Of a DNA stretch of 64,000 nucleotides, positions 1-14,119 are shown piece after piece (position 1 is the first letter of the stretch; each line of letters starts with the position of its first letter). The translations under genes and the position numbers were made by a program. The stretch comes from Octopus vulgaris (Eukaryota): positions 39,556,001-39,620,000 of the forward strand of contig OX597827.1 in NCBI GenBank assembly GCA_951406725.2. Direction: 5' to 3'. Below the pieces are notes generated by a model, which saw only the letters and a list, made by a program, of their open reading frames with translations, was not told where the DNA came from and did not search any database.

Positions 1-77
1 CTCTTAAATCTGCTATATTGTGCTATGAGAAGGGTCTATGCTAGAATTTTGTCAATATGATCTGCAATCATCATCAG

Positions 78-110
<33 letters not shown>

Positions 111-1355
111 TTATCTGGAACCTTTAATCATAAATTAAGTGCAATGCCCTTATCCACTAAATTAGTAGTGAATAAAAATGTCAATATTCATAGTTTCCAA
201 ATAAAAATTCCAATTTCAAATCCAGTTAGGTACCATGCATATAGCCAATAATATGACACCCAATGATGATGAGATGAAACTGGTGAAGTTGTAGTACAAA
301 TTTAAGTAATAAAATATTATTATGAAGGAGGTTAATAACCTTGTTAACAATTAATTTCAAAAATTTAAACATTAAACAAACCATATATAACTTTTATTAA
401 CTTTTTACAAAACCCCTCCCTTTTCCCTACCCAATAAAAGCCAACACACTATATGTACTGTTAAATGGGAGCTAATATATTTAATGCAGTGAGCTCAGAC
501 CCAGTCTAGTTAATTAATTAAGATTAAACCTATAGTGAGGAGAAAAAAAAAGGACAGCCATTAGCTTTAAAAAATCTGGCTGAAAAAGACAAGGGAGATA
601 ACTCTGAAATCCAAATTATAATTAATTTAAACAGGGGACATGCTGTGGAGAGGGAGTGTTTCTGGCAAGTACAGTGACAACTCCAGAGGGCATGCTTTGA
701 TCTTAGAAATTCTCACCAAAGGATAGTTTTAGCAGTACACTTGCCAGACCAGAGAAGACAGCAATAAAAAGATTTTGAATGAATGAACACTGACAGGCAT
801 AACAACTTAAAATAGATATTGGAGGTGGGTGAGAAGTGGAAATTACCCAGGGATGCTTTTTGCATGAAAACGCATAGTGAAGATCTTATCTTTGAACTTG
901 TAATCTGTATACTATTTTTGCCTGAGCTGAACTAATGCTCCCTTCATTCTCACTCTGGTTATTTAGTCTTTGTCCCGTATTTTACACTAAACACTTCTCC
1001 CCAATTCTCCTTTCCCCAGAAAAGCCTCCCACTGAAAAATCAAACTCACACCTACCCATGTTTTCTATACAGACATCAGCCTCTGAGCCTACCAGCTCAA
1101 AAAGGATTCACCACACTGAATAATGTAGTCTTAAATACATTATGCACAAGAGAAATAGAATGGTCATGACAGAATGCCTTTGATAAAAGTCAGCTCGGTT
1201 AAGGATGACCTGGGACTAAGGAACTGCAATAATGTACAGAAGTTGAAGCTGAATATCAACTGAATATCAACAAGTGACTCCTATATGGAGACTATCAACA
1301 GTGTGCTATTGGGAGAGTAATATAGCATCTTATATACTAAAACAGTGTATAACAT

Positions 1356-1602
1356 GTTCCTTCTCGAGCCATGCGAGGCTCATGAGGGCCGGTTTCCCAG
1401 TTTCAGTGGTGTAGAAATTCCCCACCTGGACAGGATGCTGGTCCCTCGCAGGACTACTCGTTTTTGCTAGCTGAGTGGACTGGAGCAATGTGAAATGAAG
1501 TGTTTTGCTCAAGAACACAATGCATTGCCCGGTCCAGGAATCGAAACCACAACCATACGATCATGAGTTCAACACCCTAATCACTAAGCCACGCACCTCC
1601 AC
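1356..1602 (-). mobile_element. tRNA-derived SINE, full length, 14-bp TSD
   Basis: Head ggaggtgcgtggcttagtg...gtttcgattcc with A/B-box-like motifs; flanked by acagtgtataacat at 1342-1355 and 1603-1616. Confidence 0.85.
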
Positions 1603-1980
1603 ACAGTGTATAACATACTAACGGAATATCAAATGAAATATTCTTTTTTCCATGTGATACTTAAATGAAAAAGTATTTCTTATTCTTTATTGGTATCAGT
1701 CTTTGGACAGTAGCTACAGTGAGGTATCATTTTCAAAGACCTTTATCTGTGAATTATTTTATCAATGTCGTAAAGGAAGAAATAGAAAAGGATATAAGTG
1801 GAAAGGATGAAAATATCACAAAGTATTTTTTTTATTGTTCAATGAACTAATTTTGTTTGGCTACCTCTGCTAACACACACATTTTTATTAATTGCTGACT
1901 CTGTATTAAGGGGTAGAGCCTATGATTTTGAAGGCTCTCAAAGACTAGTGAGACTGATGTTGTTAATATTCCATTTAAAC

Positions 1981-2137
1981 CAGGCATTGGCAACTTTCAC
2001 CAAGAAGCGGGCTGCATGAGATATTGCTCATTATGAGGCAAACAGCACAACTAAAATATTTTAAAAAAACATTATTTTCTTGTGATATTAGGTGTGCCAT
2101 TCAAAACGTCTCATGGGCTACAATTTGCCCATGACTA
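1981..2137. mobile_element. hAT-type MITE
   Basis: Imperfect TIRs caggcattggcaa / ttgcccatgacta; 8-bp TSD atttaaac/gtttaaac. Confidence 0.6.
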
Positions 2138-2159
2138 GTTTAAACTGATAAGAGTTGAC

Positions 2160-2370
2160 ACCTGTGAAAAAGACATGAACAGGAAAGAGATTTCGGTTTG
2201 CTGACGTTCTGGGAAGGAATGGCTCAGAGTAGTGGTCAGTAAAGGGTCTTTGGTAGGGGATGCAACAGAAGTGTTAAGGGGAAGAGAAACAAGAGATCAG
2301 GAACATCTGAGAGAAGGAAATACAAGACCAATCAACTTTGAGGAACGGAGGTCCTTACAGTAGTGGTTCC
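2160..2370 (-). mobile_element. CR1/L2/Jockey-type LINE 3' remnant
   Basis: Degenerate translation HYCKDLRSSKLIGLV...HYSEPFLPRTS..NLFPVHV resembles the ORF2 C-terminus (SFFPRT..LWN.LP..VF). Confidence 0.4.
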
Positions 2371-2445
2371 CACATGCAAAGATATATGTGATGAAATACC
2401 TCACAGAAGATGTTAGTTGATCAGACACTATAACAGCATTTCAAT

Positions 2446-2640
2446 TTAACCCTTTCGTTATCATATTTCTGTTAAAAGATGCTACCTTTGTTTCAATTAC
2501 TTTTGAAAATAATGAAGAATTTAGTAGAATGACTGTCATTATTAAGCTGGTATTTTGGAACATAAATTAACATGAATTTTTTTTGGAAGGTTTTAATTTA
2601 GATCAGTTTCAAATAGAAACTTTCTATCATGGAATTTGTG
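2446..2640 (+). mobile_element. piggyBac-like non-autonomous element end
   Basis: TTAA|CCCTTT terminus; related sequence occurs in reverse at ~54360-54660 and as a fragment at ~16810-16850. Confidence 0.5.
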
Positions 2641-4112
2641 TGAGATGAGGGTGGATTGGTATCAAAATAGTTAACTGAACAAAATAATTTCTTTACTGAT
2701 TTGAATATCCCCCACCCAAGCTCAAAATAGTAAATGATTTCTAGTTTAGGTAGAAGGAACAGTTTTATAAAGTGAGGAAACAGTACTATATTGATCCTAG
2801 CAATTAACTGAATGATTTGAAACAAAAATAGTGATTCGTTGTCACCAATACACACTTTCACCAAACACTAGTACAGATACCACAACTACGATCATTGCAT
2901 GTTCAAGAGATCTGGAGACATTTGCAGGCAATTCCATGCTTCAGTTAATCACAGAATGGCAGATGGAGAAAGAAGCAGAAGGATTTTGAAGAATTTGTTT
3001 TTGTATTTTTTATTTATTAATGGATTATTATAATCATTTTTTAATTTTCTTTTCTTTGCTTTTAAAAAAAAAATTTTTTTCAGTTGCAAAAGATCTCGCA
3101 AACACACCAAACAAAGAATCACAGACAACACAAAACTATGAAATGATAGCAATCATCAAATTGTTATGTTTTTTCCAAATTTTCTTTGTTTTGAGAATCT
3201 GAATGATATTGACATTTTTGAGGGTCAAAAACCAAACAAAAATTAATAAATAAAATAAAAATATATAAATAATATTAACAATATATTAATAGCATGGTTT
3301 TTAACAGATATGAAGCCCTGTATTTTAAAGAGAGATAATGTTGATTGTATTGACTTTGGTGATTGCCAGCTACTTAATTTTATTGCTCTAGGAAGAATGA
3401 AAATCAAAGCTGAGCTTGTTTGGATGATTTGAGCTCAGAACCTAAAGGGATGTAACAAATTAGCACAAGGAGTTTTGTCAGTTGCTCGACAGATTCTGAC
3501 ATTCATTGCCCTTAAATAACAGGGGCATCTTTTTCAGAAATAATAACATAACAGCTTCAAATTTTGGCATAAGGCCAGTAGTTTTGAGGGGAAGGGGAAA
3601 GTTGATAACATCAATCCCTGTGTTCAACTGGTACTTATTTTATCAACCTTGAAAGGATGAAAGACAAAGTTGATCTTGATAGAATTTGAACTCAGGGTGT
3701 AAAAAGCTGGAAGAAATGTCTCTAAGCATTTTATCCAACATCTTAACAATTCTGCCAGTTTATCACAATCACATTCAGGAGTAACAAGGAGAGAAAGAGA
3801 AAATGTTAATTAAATTAGATTTTAATATTCACTCTTCAATTCATTTTTCCATAAATTTCATGATGCAACAGAAATTGCTGTACTATTTCATAATCATTTG
3901 ACTCCTCCTATAGCTAACTGCTCTACCTTATTGCAGGTGGTGGCCACCCTTATCTCAGAAAGATAGAATGAATGAAACAAATCCATGCTTTACCTACTGC
4001 TCTACTCCAAAAAGCAGTAGCAGCAAATAAAGCTTGAATTTGTGACACACCCTTCATATCCATCCACTACTTCATTGTGACATAAGGATGGATAAACAAT
4101 TCTCAGCAATGT

Positions 4113-4435
4113 TTTTAGGAAGCACTCCATCGGTTACGACGATGAGGGTTCCGGTTGATCCGAATCAACGGAACAGCCTGCTCGTGAAATTAACGTGTAA
4201 GTGGCTGAGCACTCCACAGACACGTGCACCCTTAACGTAGTTCTTGGGGATATTCAGCGTGACACAGAGAGTGACAAGACCGGCCCTTTGAAATACAGGT
4301 ACAACAGAAACAGGAAGTAAGAGTGAGAGAAAGTCGTGGTGAAAGAGTACGGCAGGGATCACCACCATCCCTGCCGGAGCGTCGTGGAGCTTTTAGGTGT
4401 TTTCGCTCAATAAACACTCACAACGCCCGGTCTAC
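4113..4435 (-). mobile_element. 5'-truncated SINE with 14-bp TSD
   Basis: attctcagcaatgt at 4099-4112 and 4436-4449; CpG-rich (young); shares its 3' tail with the copy at ~7042-7345. Confidence 0.85.
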
Positions 4436-5312
4436 ATTCTCAGCAATGTAGACTGATTGAAACAAACAACATCATTATGCATTGCACAAGAACAAAACTC
4501 AAAAAGCAGTTTGTAAGAATGTTTCATACCCCCTAACCACTTTACCATGAAATATGCATGATTGCCTAGTCTTCAGCTGGGAAAATTGAGTCAAGCAGTA
4601 GTAGAACATGAAGTTGCAACTGATAAGACTTGATCCCAGTACATTCTAGCTGGTCTTGACTTCACCTATGTGGATACTCTAACGATTTGGAGTGGTTGGT
4701 TATTTTTGACCGAAGTCAAAAATTCTAGTACCATGCATACCCCGCCCCACACACACAGATGTAATGTATGATTTAACTTGCTTAAACAAAAGCATGATGA
4801 AATATCTATAGCAGCTGAGGTTTGAACTCATCCCACTGTAGTTCAGTGTAGCCCAGCAACACTTTAACCACATTAGCCACATGATATTTGATGTGTTAAT
4901 GTGAGCCCCATCCCAACACAACCCCCAAAAAGCAAAACAAAACAAAAAAAAAAACTGGTTTAAAAATATAAAAGAAAGAAAAATTTATTGGGTTCCAGAA
5001 GAACCTTTTTGCCACTTAAACTTGATAAAATGACAACAACAAAAGCAAAATATTAATAAAATAAACAAGATACAAAGAAGAGAAATAAAAACAAGATGGA
5101 GGAGGAGCAAATGAAGAGAAGTAAGAGTAGATGGTTAAATAGAGAAATAAAGAAACAAATGAAAACAAACAGGCGCTGGGGGAAAGGAAAACGAGGGGAG
5201 GTTCAGTTTTAAAAATGCAGGGAGAGAACATTGACAGTAAAGATATATATATATATATATGTATATATACACATACACACATATATACAAACATATATAC
5301 ACATATATACAA

Positions 5313-5359
<47 letters not shown>

Positions 5360-6162
5360 CACACACATACATGTGTTGTGTGTATGTGTGTATATATATA
5401 TATGAGTGTGTATTGGTGGGTGTATGTATATATGTATGTATACATGTGTATCTGTGACAGGTTAAAGAAGAGAAGACAGAGGATAATATGAAGCAGGTGA
5501 TGGAGGGTGTTATAATGAGTCTCTCTACACCAGAGCTTGCTGGACAAACAAAAGAGCAAGGTCAAGAGTGCAGAGGTCAGAGGTTGGAATGTGTTGTATG
5601 AAATTTTACCTGTGAAATGAAGGATGACAATGAGCCAGGACATCACTAGTGCCTAGAAACAAAGATTAAGGAGAAAAACTTAAAGAATATAAAATGGAAT
5701 TAGCAACAATGATGATGGTAATGATGATGATGATGATGACAATAATGAAAATGGCTTCTTATCAGAGCAAGACCACACACTTTTAAGGAAAGTGATATAA
5801 ATCAAGTGAATCAACCCCAGTTGTAGCTCTTTAATCCCAGGTCTGTTTTGATTGAGCAGGCCTATGATAAAAAAAAACAAATCAAACATTCCAGTCATGA
5901 CCCACCACCACCATCTCCATTACCTTGTTTTTTATTTTATTTTTTTTTAAAGATGGTGGTGCATGATTCAAGGGTGATTTTTGGTTGCTATTTTTAGCAA
6001 GCTGACTGCTTATGGAAGCAGCTCCTTCATTATGTTTATGGTACTTTCTACTTTAGTTACCAAATCCACTCTGTCCCATCTCTATCAAGAAGGGTTGAAA
6101 GGTAAAAATATACAAAATCTTTTAAATGAAATATAAAAAGTATTAAAAAATTTTATGTTGAA

Positions 6163-6561
6163 CTAGCAGCATTGCCCGGCGTTGCACGGGTTTGTAAGGG
6201 AAATAACTATATAAGCATTTTTAGAGATGTAAAGTATAATAGCCATCTCAATATGGCTAACCAAAAAGGCGGGTGTTACTGTAGCTTTTTATGTTCTGAG
6301 ATTTAATAATACATTTTTAGAGAGTTACTTCCCTTATATAATAGCAAAAGAAATGCATTAAAAATGGGAAAAAATGATGGTAAATTTTTTTTAAAATCGT
6401 AGACTCATTGTAGACGCATGCTAATACCCAGAAGGGCTCAATATGAATCACGACTATAAGATACCCGCTTTTGGTTACACTGCACCACAAAATGTGGGAG
6501 TAGTTAGGAATCTAAATCGTAGGAGACAGACACACAACTTCACTTTTATATATAAAGAAGA
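6163..6561 (-). mobile_element. Non-autonomous Helitron (simple form)
   Basis: Minus strand begins TCTTCTTTATATATAAAAG and ends in a GC hairpin (cccg tgcaacgc cggg) + CTAG; inserted between A and T with no TSD; homologous to 36398-37034. Confidence 0.85.
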
Positions 6562-6797
6562 TTTGACAAGAATTATTTGATATATATATTCTTTTTTGTT
6601 AGTGAAGTCTTGAGAAAGGGAGAGTACTTATAGTCTTTGCAAGCCCTTCTAGAACCTGAAGATGTGCAACAAAACAGTGTAAGACAGGAGATATGATGCT
6701 CAGCTGTTTCTGTATATCATAATATTAATGTCTTTTTATAGAAAATTACTATTTGTAAATTTCTCAATGAGAGACATTCAGTAATAGTACTCTAGAG

Positions 6798-7021
6798 TAA
6801 AGATTATTTACCGACATAACACAGCAGTCCTGGTTTAGGATGAATGTTGCTGAGACATCGTCTCCAGCTGGCTATATGACACAATCTGTGTCTCTTGTTC
6901 GTAAATATAAGGACACAGATCATGTCATATAGCCAGCTGGAGATGATGTCTCCTGGGACTAAATTACAGCAACATTTGTCCTAAACCAGGACTGCCATGT
7001 TATGTTGGCAAATAGTCTTTA
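6798..7021. mobile_element. Foldback MITE-like element
   Basis: ~95-bp imperfect inverted arms (taaagattatttaccgacataac...ccagctggctatatgacac / gtcatatagccagctgg...aaatagtcttta) around a ~19-nt spacer. Confidence 0.7.
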
Positions 7022-7041
7022 ATGTCTTTTAACCATGATGA

Positions 7042-7345
7042 GAAGGCACATGGCTTAGTGGTTATGGCATTTGGCTTGATCATAAGATCATGAGTTTGAT
7101 TCCAGGAGGCATGTTGTGACTTTTTATTTTATGTTGCTTCAGTCCACTCAGCTGGCAAATATGGGTAGTGCCTGTATTTTAAAGAGCCAGTCTTATCATA
7201 TTCTGTGTCACTTCGAATCTCCCTGAGAACTATGTTAAGGGCACATGTGTCTGTGGAGTGCTCAGTCGCATTTCATGAGCAGGCTGTTCCGTTGATCAGA
7301 TCAACTGGAACCCTTGTTGTCACAACCAATGGAGCACCAGTCAAC
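7042..7345 (+). mobile_element. tRNA-derived SINE (decayed)
   Basis: ggcacatggcttagtggtta head; same tail as 4113-4435. Confidence 0.7.
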
Positions 7346-7599
7346 GTTGATGTTGACTGATATAGCACTGACTCATTGGGTCTTGTCAAACTGTCCAACC
7401 CACACCAGCATGGAAGTGACACATCAAATGATGAGGATGGCGAGGATGCACAAGGCTTGAAATTTTGGTTGAGGGAACAGTCTCCTGTTCCATTAGCAAA
7501 GGTGGACATTATTATTATTTTCATTTCACTTCTCAGTCTCACGATTTCACTTTAATTCTGTTAATTCTGTAAGGAAGGGCAGCAATTTGTTGTCAAAAA

Positions 7600-7830
7600 T
7601 CACACAGGGTCTCTTTTTGTGATACTTAAACCCAAGTATCAATAACAAGATCCTAGCTATCCCCAATAAAGCAGTTTTCTGCCTTCATGCCAATTCCAAT
7701 TTCCTCAACATATTTCTCAAACCTGGTTGTTGTTATTATCAGTACAACTGTACTTGAGTTCACTTGCATTGTCTATTATTTCCTCTCCAACATTTCCTTT
7801 AAGGACTACTCAAGGAGACGGAAGCAAAGC
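7600..7830 (-). mobile_element. R4/Dong-like (RLE) LINE C-terminal remnant
   Basis: Translates to ...FEKYVEEIGI / QKTALLGIARIL, like the terminal QK..LLGTA.ILR motif. Confidence 0.45.
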
Positions 7831-8638
7831 CAATGATTTTTATTTATTTTGCTTATATCAAAATTTGAAGAAGATATTTTAAATGAAAGATGTCAACTGG
7901 CAACTAGTTAATAATAAATTGCTATATATCTTTCTTTGTTTCTTCTTGGCTAGATACCATACTATGAGTGATATGTGTTGATTCAATTCTCTGTTAGGAA
8001 TTGAAACCAAGACTTGTGATTTTGTGAACAATGTCACAAGAACAACAATACTTTTTATTATAACTATTATTAATATATTAATCATTGTTTCCTCAGCCTG
8101 TTACATGACTCTAAATTCATCCCTGCAAACAGATACAACATTTACTAATTAATATAATTAGCAAATGGTATCTGTTGGCAACTCTTTTTGCAGCTGTCAA
8201 TAGGTACTATTTGAAGGTTCTTACAAGAACTCACTAACAGTACCTATTAACAGTAAGGTGAACAGTACCTTTTTCTATGGTACATATTTACAGCTTGGCA
8301 GACTGTACTTTCACTTGGCACTTATTCACTTTTAGGCAGAATATACCTATGGATGGTCTCTATTTATAGTCAGGTGAACTGTGTTAACTAAATGGTACAG
8401 CAAGATGAATTGACCTACTAATGAACCAAGTGTCTTGACCAGGGATACAGTACCACACCAGTGATGCAAAGTAGCCTTACACTCCTTTGGAGACATTGTC
8501 AGATTCTCTTGTGCCTCAGTCAGCTGTGATTATTTCTTGTTTTATGTTGTTTTTGTAGTTTATAATTAGGTTCTATTTTTATATCAAAGTAGAAAAAAAA
8601 AAATTCAAGAAAGAAAAATCAATTGTTATGAAGCTTAC

Positions 8639-9987
8639 CTGTAGTCTGGCATTCTAAAGTAATCTTGAGGAGAAGCTGGTGAGTCAGAAGGTAACGAAGC
8701 GGTAGAATCTAAAGGCAGGTCACAGTGATCTTCTGAGGGATCTTGACTGGGGTCCTGGGGTTTAGCCATATCACACCATTCATACAATGCAGAGGAACCA
8801 GTTGCAAAGGGGTCAGCACTGTTACCACTTTTATTTTCAGCAAGAACAGGGGCAGGTTCTGCTGTCTTGCTCACTTCTTTATTTTCAGCTTTGATATTTG
8901 TGGTTTCAGCTGCATTTTGATTCTGATCAGAAGACCTATCAGTGGTATTTGAGTGAGTCCTTTCTTGTTTAGAATTCGGTGACTTTAGATCATCAGATGT
9001 GGGATTTGGCTGTCCCCATGGAAATAGGTTGAAAGCACTTATAGTGGGTGTATTTCTATATGCAGCTCCTCCTTCAACATTAGCTTTACTTTCAGGTGTT
9101 TTACTTGATTTATTTGGAAGCAGAAGCTTATCAAAGAGTTTGATAATATCAAAGGAATTAGCAGATGGCTGACTTTCTAGTTTTGGCATGGAGGATTTAG
9201 GACCAGAGCTGTTATTAAAGCTGTTTTTGTTATCAGATTTAAGTTCATTTGTTTCAGACTTTGACGGATTTGCTTCACAGTATTTATCTAACACTTCTTG
9301 TACTAAACTTTCACTTGCTTTGTTTGAAGATGTTCCTTTTTTAGAACTTTCTTCATTCTTCAGGCTCGTGTCAGAGTGGGACTCTTTTATTGAGTTAGAA
9401 GAATCTGGTTCACTGTCAAAACTGTACTCAGTCAGTTCTTTTCTGTATGGTTGTTTGCGTTTGCTGGTGCCGATTCCCAGAAACTTCTGTGCTATGTTGG
9501 AGACTGATAGTGAAGTTGATTGCTCAAGATCACTGGTTTCACTAGCATCAGGGAAAAGCTCATCTAAAAGGCTTTGACTTTGTTTCTCATTATCTGTATT
9601 TTTAGAGTCCTTTGAGCATGTTGATGTTTTAGATTCATCAATCCTTTCCATTTCGGTGACTGATTTTACTTCTAAAGGTGATTCAACATTAGATCCTAGC
9701 AGTGTGGAGTTACTTGTACTGGATACAGACTCAGTGTCGTCATTAGACAGTGGTAAAGAATCTGCTAGCTGGTCCATATTGAGGATATCTTCTGTGACTT
9801 TATATTCTGATGAGTCCCCAAGTGTAGCTTTGGAAAGTGAGGTGCCCAGCCGTGAAATAGAAGGTGACACCTTCTGTGCAACATTGGCCACAACAGACTT
9901 GGCTTTTGGTAAGGCATTAGCTGTTGAGCTACTCAACCATTTCCAGGCTTTTGCAGCTGACTGACCTAAAGCATTCTCTTCAGATGC
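8639..9987 (-). CDS. RUSC/iporin-like gene exon, 1349-nt Ser-rich post-RUN region
   Basis: Lies within ORF 8635..10041; aatccag|GCA acceptor, AG|gtaagc donor, phase 0/2. Confidence 0.85.
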
Positions 9988-10528
9988 CTGGATTTTGACA
10001 GGAAGAAAATAAAAAGAGAAAGGATTAATTATAAAATACATCTGTTTCTGATAATAAATAATGCATTTTTAACAAATGATTTTTAAAGATGAAATGTAGT
10101 TTTTTTAGATTAACAATTTCCTTTATTTTCGTTCAAAAGTCTAAACTGACCATGATAGACTCATATAGACACAAGTAGGAAAATCTAACTCCAAAATATT
10201 GGAAGACAAAGAGTCAGATTTATGCAGAAAAATTACTAAGCAAATTAATAGAAGCAGGAAAGCTTTCAAACAATATAAACAAATTAGTTCTTGCTATAAG
10301 GTACGTTTAGGATAGATAACAACTCTAACTCCAGAGAAAAATAAGAGAAAAATCTGTGTCCTGCCAGTGATAAAAAACTCATCCACAGGCATAAGGAAAA
10401 TATATCTTACAAATCTGAAACTACCAACGAAGAACCAGAAAATGTCTAGATAGTTTTCAGTTTTCCATCAATAACCATGTTAGAAAAGAGTATGATAGTA
10501 AATAACATAGTATTAAAGTGCTACATAC

Positions 10529-10859
10529 CTCTTCATATCTAACCGAAGGAGAGCTTAGCTTCATTGATTCCACAGACAAACTTCCTGCAGAAGGTTCTGA
10601 CAAAGTGGCACCACCTTCCCGCGACTGGGTCATTTCGCCACTGGCTTGATTCTGGCCACCGCTGCCACAGACAAAGTCAAGATCGAGCTGGAATGGTAAA
10701 ACAGATAAGGGCTGCAAAGAGAGAAGCATTTCCTCATAAGCATCACCCAGATCGCTAATGTAGAGCTGCTGTTGCAGCAAGGCATTGTTGTTGTAAAAGT
10801 GGCAGATGACATTGTCTCTGTGGCGCAGGTAACCTAGCCAGAAGTCCAATAGACGTGAA
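10529..10859 (-). CDS. RUSC/iporin-like gene exon, RUN domain C-part (SRLLDFWLGYL...LLSLQPLSVLPFQLDLDF...)
   Basis: ttgcag|T acceptor, GAG|gtatgt donor, phase 2/0; L.FW...Y and LQPL..LPF.LDL.F RUSC motifs; ORF 10457..10849. Confidence 0.92.
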
Positions 10860-11125
10860 CTGCAACAGAAGAATTACAGAAAATAATTTTAGAGTCTGAT
10901 TAAAATGATCATGATATGACCTAAAACGATAGTGATAATGAAGAAGTGATGATGACTATGATGATGCTGATGATAATAATAATGGTTATATAAACAATGA
11001 TGCCAATTAATGATAATGAAAATGAGATAATAATGATGAGAATATAGGAAGATGTTAATGACTAGTATTGATGGAAATAGCATTAATTACAAAAAAGATA
11101 ATGCTTATAATGAAGATAAACCTAC

Positions 11126-11231
11126 TTCAACAGTGCAAAGATAAAAGCATCAAATCTGTGTTTGTTCGAAGACAGATTTGGCCTGTTCCTAAGCTCTTTC
11201 ACAATGTCACATATTGCTCTGGTAGAAGGGC
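11126..11231 (-). CDS. RUSC/iporin-like gene exon, RUN domain (GPSTRAICDIVKELRNRPNLSSNKHRFDAFIFALLN)
   Basis: tttcag|GC acceptor, AA|gtaggt donor, phase 1/2; GPST...RF.AFI..LLN RUN motif. Confidence 0.92.
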
Positions 11232-12890
11232 CTGAAAGAAGAAACAACTGAGATTAATAATATACACAATTTGAATTCCAGTTAATTTACAATGAAATAA
11301 TACACAATGGATAAAATCTACAGATAATCTTGGATTATTCATTCTTTGGATGCAGCACTTAAGTTTAATTTCCATAATCCTTAGTTGTTGGTATTAATGC
11401 CTGTAATTATTCTATAAACACTTTAATGAATAAGCTAATAATTTCATACATGGCAGTTGAGAGCAGCATTATAAACAAATGCTAATCCAGATAAATATTT
11501 TAAAATACGTCTGTGAGGGAGACTGCTTGAAGTAGCAGCAAACTCTCCCTGACATAAAAAAAAAACTAGGTCATTTGGGATAATATAGGTAAATAGACAT
11601 GGTCACAACTGGAGCACATTTGACAGTAGATCTGCTCAGTCATGGCTAAACCGGCTATAAACAACACCTATTATCATAGGTAAAAGTTCACAAATTGCAG
11701 GTGCGATTATTTGTTTACCACATATGTGAATGTGTGAGGTGCTATGTCACTGGTGCCAAAGCTGTATCGGTTTTTGCCTTTCTCTTGGATAACATTGGTA
11801 GTGTGGAAAAGGGAAGCTGGTATGCATGGACAACTGTTGGTCTTCCATAAACAAGCTTGTCCAGACTTGTGCCTCAGAGGGTAACTTTCTAGGTGCAATC
11901 CTATGGTCATTCATGACCAAAGGACGGTTTTACTCTTTTTTCTACTTTATATATATATATATATATATATATAAATTAGAAAAATATTATATTTTGTGAA
12001 ATTTGATTTAGTATTTCTAAATTGAATTTTTCCCTGTAAGTTTGGAATAATATTCCCTCATATTATTATTATTATTATACACACACACACACATACATAA
12101 TTATACATACATACATGATTATTTTGTTTGAGGAAGTAGCATCTGACTGCCACAGGTGTACAGAATATCCCAAGCATCACATCAAGCTTAATTGGTCCTT
12201 AAATGGGGGTGGGGTCTATCAGTGTGCGCCATGCAGTCTTACTCATAGGCTCTAGACAAGTGCAAGGATTTTTTTCTTTTTTTCCCCCAGTAAATAAGAG
12301 AATATGAGTCTGATATGCATGCTAGGCAGGATTTGAACTCTAACCATAAAGAAATAAATAAGATAAGGTATTATGTCTAACACTTTATCAATTCTACCAT
12401 CTGCCCATTGTGTGTGTGTTCAGGCTTGACTGTCTTGTTCAGAACACAGTATGGCATCTTAAACAAGTCTCTTCTGCTATAGCTTTGGGCTCACCAATAT
12501 CTTGTGAGTGAAGTTTGGGAGACTAAACTTTGTGGAAGCCAGTTGTACATATGTGTGAGGTGTGTTTCTCTGTACTTGTTTAAACATTGGCACCATTTAA
12601 GCAACCAGTATTCCATGTTTATGTCCTGTAACTTAGCAGTTTGACAAATAATAAGCAATAAATTACATGCCTGACTTGAATATAAATACTAGGATTAATA
12701 TAACTTTTCTCTCTCTCACACGTCTATGCATACACATATATATGGGCACGCACATATACATATACATGCATATATATATTTATGTATGCGTGCACACACA
12801 TACATAAATACATATATGTCTTCATATGCACACGCACAACTATATTTACAATATTATTCATTGAATATAGATTATTTCCTTTTTCTTTTG

Positions 12891-12934
<44 letters not shown>

Positions 12935-13937
12935 ATAATCTTATCATATCAGCTTGATAAAACAACTAATTCTTTCTGCTTATCGAAACAGAACAATTGC
13001 AAACACGCATTTCCTGATGTAACATTTATTCACGGAGATAAATATAAAATTACACACATACACACACAAAGCAAAGAAATTTAACTGAGCTTTGATGGTC
13101 ACTGACCTATGCCACATTTAAAACACTAACATTTCCTCATTGCCAGGCGTTCAGCCAAAGTTGTACAGTGGTGCGGCAAGTTTGGTAGAATTACAACATT
13201 AACTGATAGGAGTTTTGGAACATTTGAAGAAAAGTGAAACAAAATTTGTCTGCATTGTAAACAATAGTTCCACACTGCGACTCAGAAATGTGTTGGCAAC
13301 ATAACCATTGCAAAGTGGCAAAACAGCATTGGTTTAGTAGTGTATATAAAGCTTAACCGTCACTCGTGAGTGAGTACAAACTGTTGCTTTCACTAATTGC
13401 TTTATGTGGTTGCAAACAAACATAAATATTTTTCCCTTGGCTCTCTCATGCTTAAACCAGCAGAGTATTGAGGATGTGACAGCTGGAAGAAAAGAAAGCT
13501 GCACCAGCACTTGGATGGTTCTCATTTTACAGTTGAGTAAATTGGAGCAATGGGATGATGCGTGGCCCAGTGGTTGGGGTGTCATGATCACAAGATCATG
13601 ATTTCAATGCCAGACAGGATGGTGCATTGTTTTCTTGAGCAAAACACTCAATTTTATGTTGTTCCATGGGAAGTTAACTCTGCAATGGACTAGTGTCTTG
13701 TTCAAGAGTGGGGGGTGTTGTACAACCTTATGATTCCTTGAGGTCATGTCAGACCTAAGACAGGAGCAACATGAAATGAAGTGTGTTGCTCAAGGGCAAG
13801 TTTGGTAATTGCTGAGATTTCTCTCAGTATGAAACCAATGGTAGCCTTGTTACCCCACTAACCCACTGAAAAATAATATTCATCCACAAATGTGGTGTTG
13901 AGCACTCATTCTCACTGTTCAGTATTAGCAAATATAT

Positions 13938-13970
<33 letters not shown>

Positions 13971-13973
<3 letters not shown>

Positions 13974-14119
13974 TACATACAAATTAAGAGGAATGACCAC
14001 CAAAGTGGATTTCTAGTCTTTCTTGAGAACACACTCTTCATGGTAAGGCGATTTGACGTCTATCTTTAGCATATTAGGAATCCACTTTGGTGGACATTCC
14101 TCTTAATTTGTATGTAATA
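13971..14119. repeat. Inverted repeat (~45-bp arms)
   Basis: tattacatacaaattaagaggaatgaccaccaaagtggatt / aatccactttggtggacattcctcttaatttgtatgtaata. Confidence 0.8.

Noticed and set aside
1520-1602. tRNA gene
   Set aside because: tRNA-like SINE head continuing into a SINE body with TSD; no complete cloverleaf.
5016-5646. Y/I/H/T/C/V-rich ORFs here and at 20.5k, 27.7k, 32-37k, 41k, 44k
   Set aside because: Translations of (TA)n/(CA)n/(TACA)n microsatellites; no coding signal.
9188-9964. Plus-strand ORFs of 129 and 102 aa, and similar ones at 56-58 kb
   Set aside because: Antisense shadows of the real minus-strand exons.
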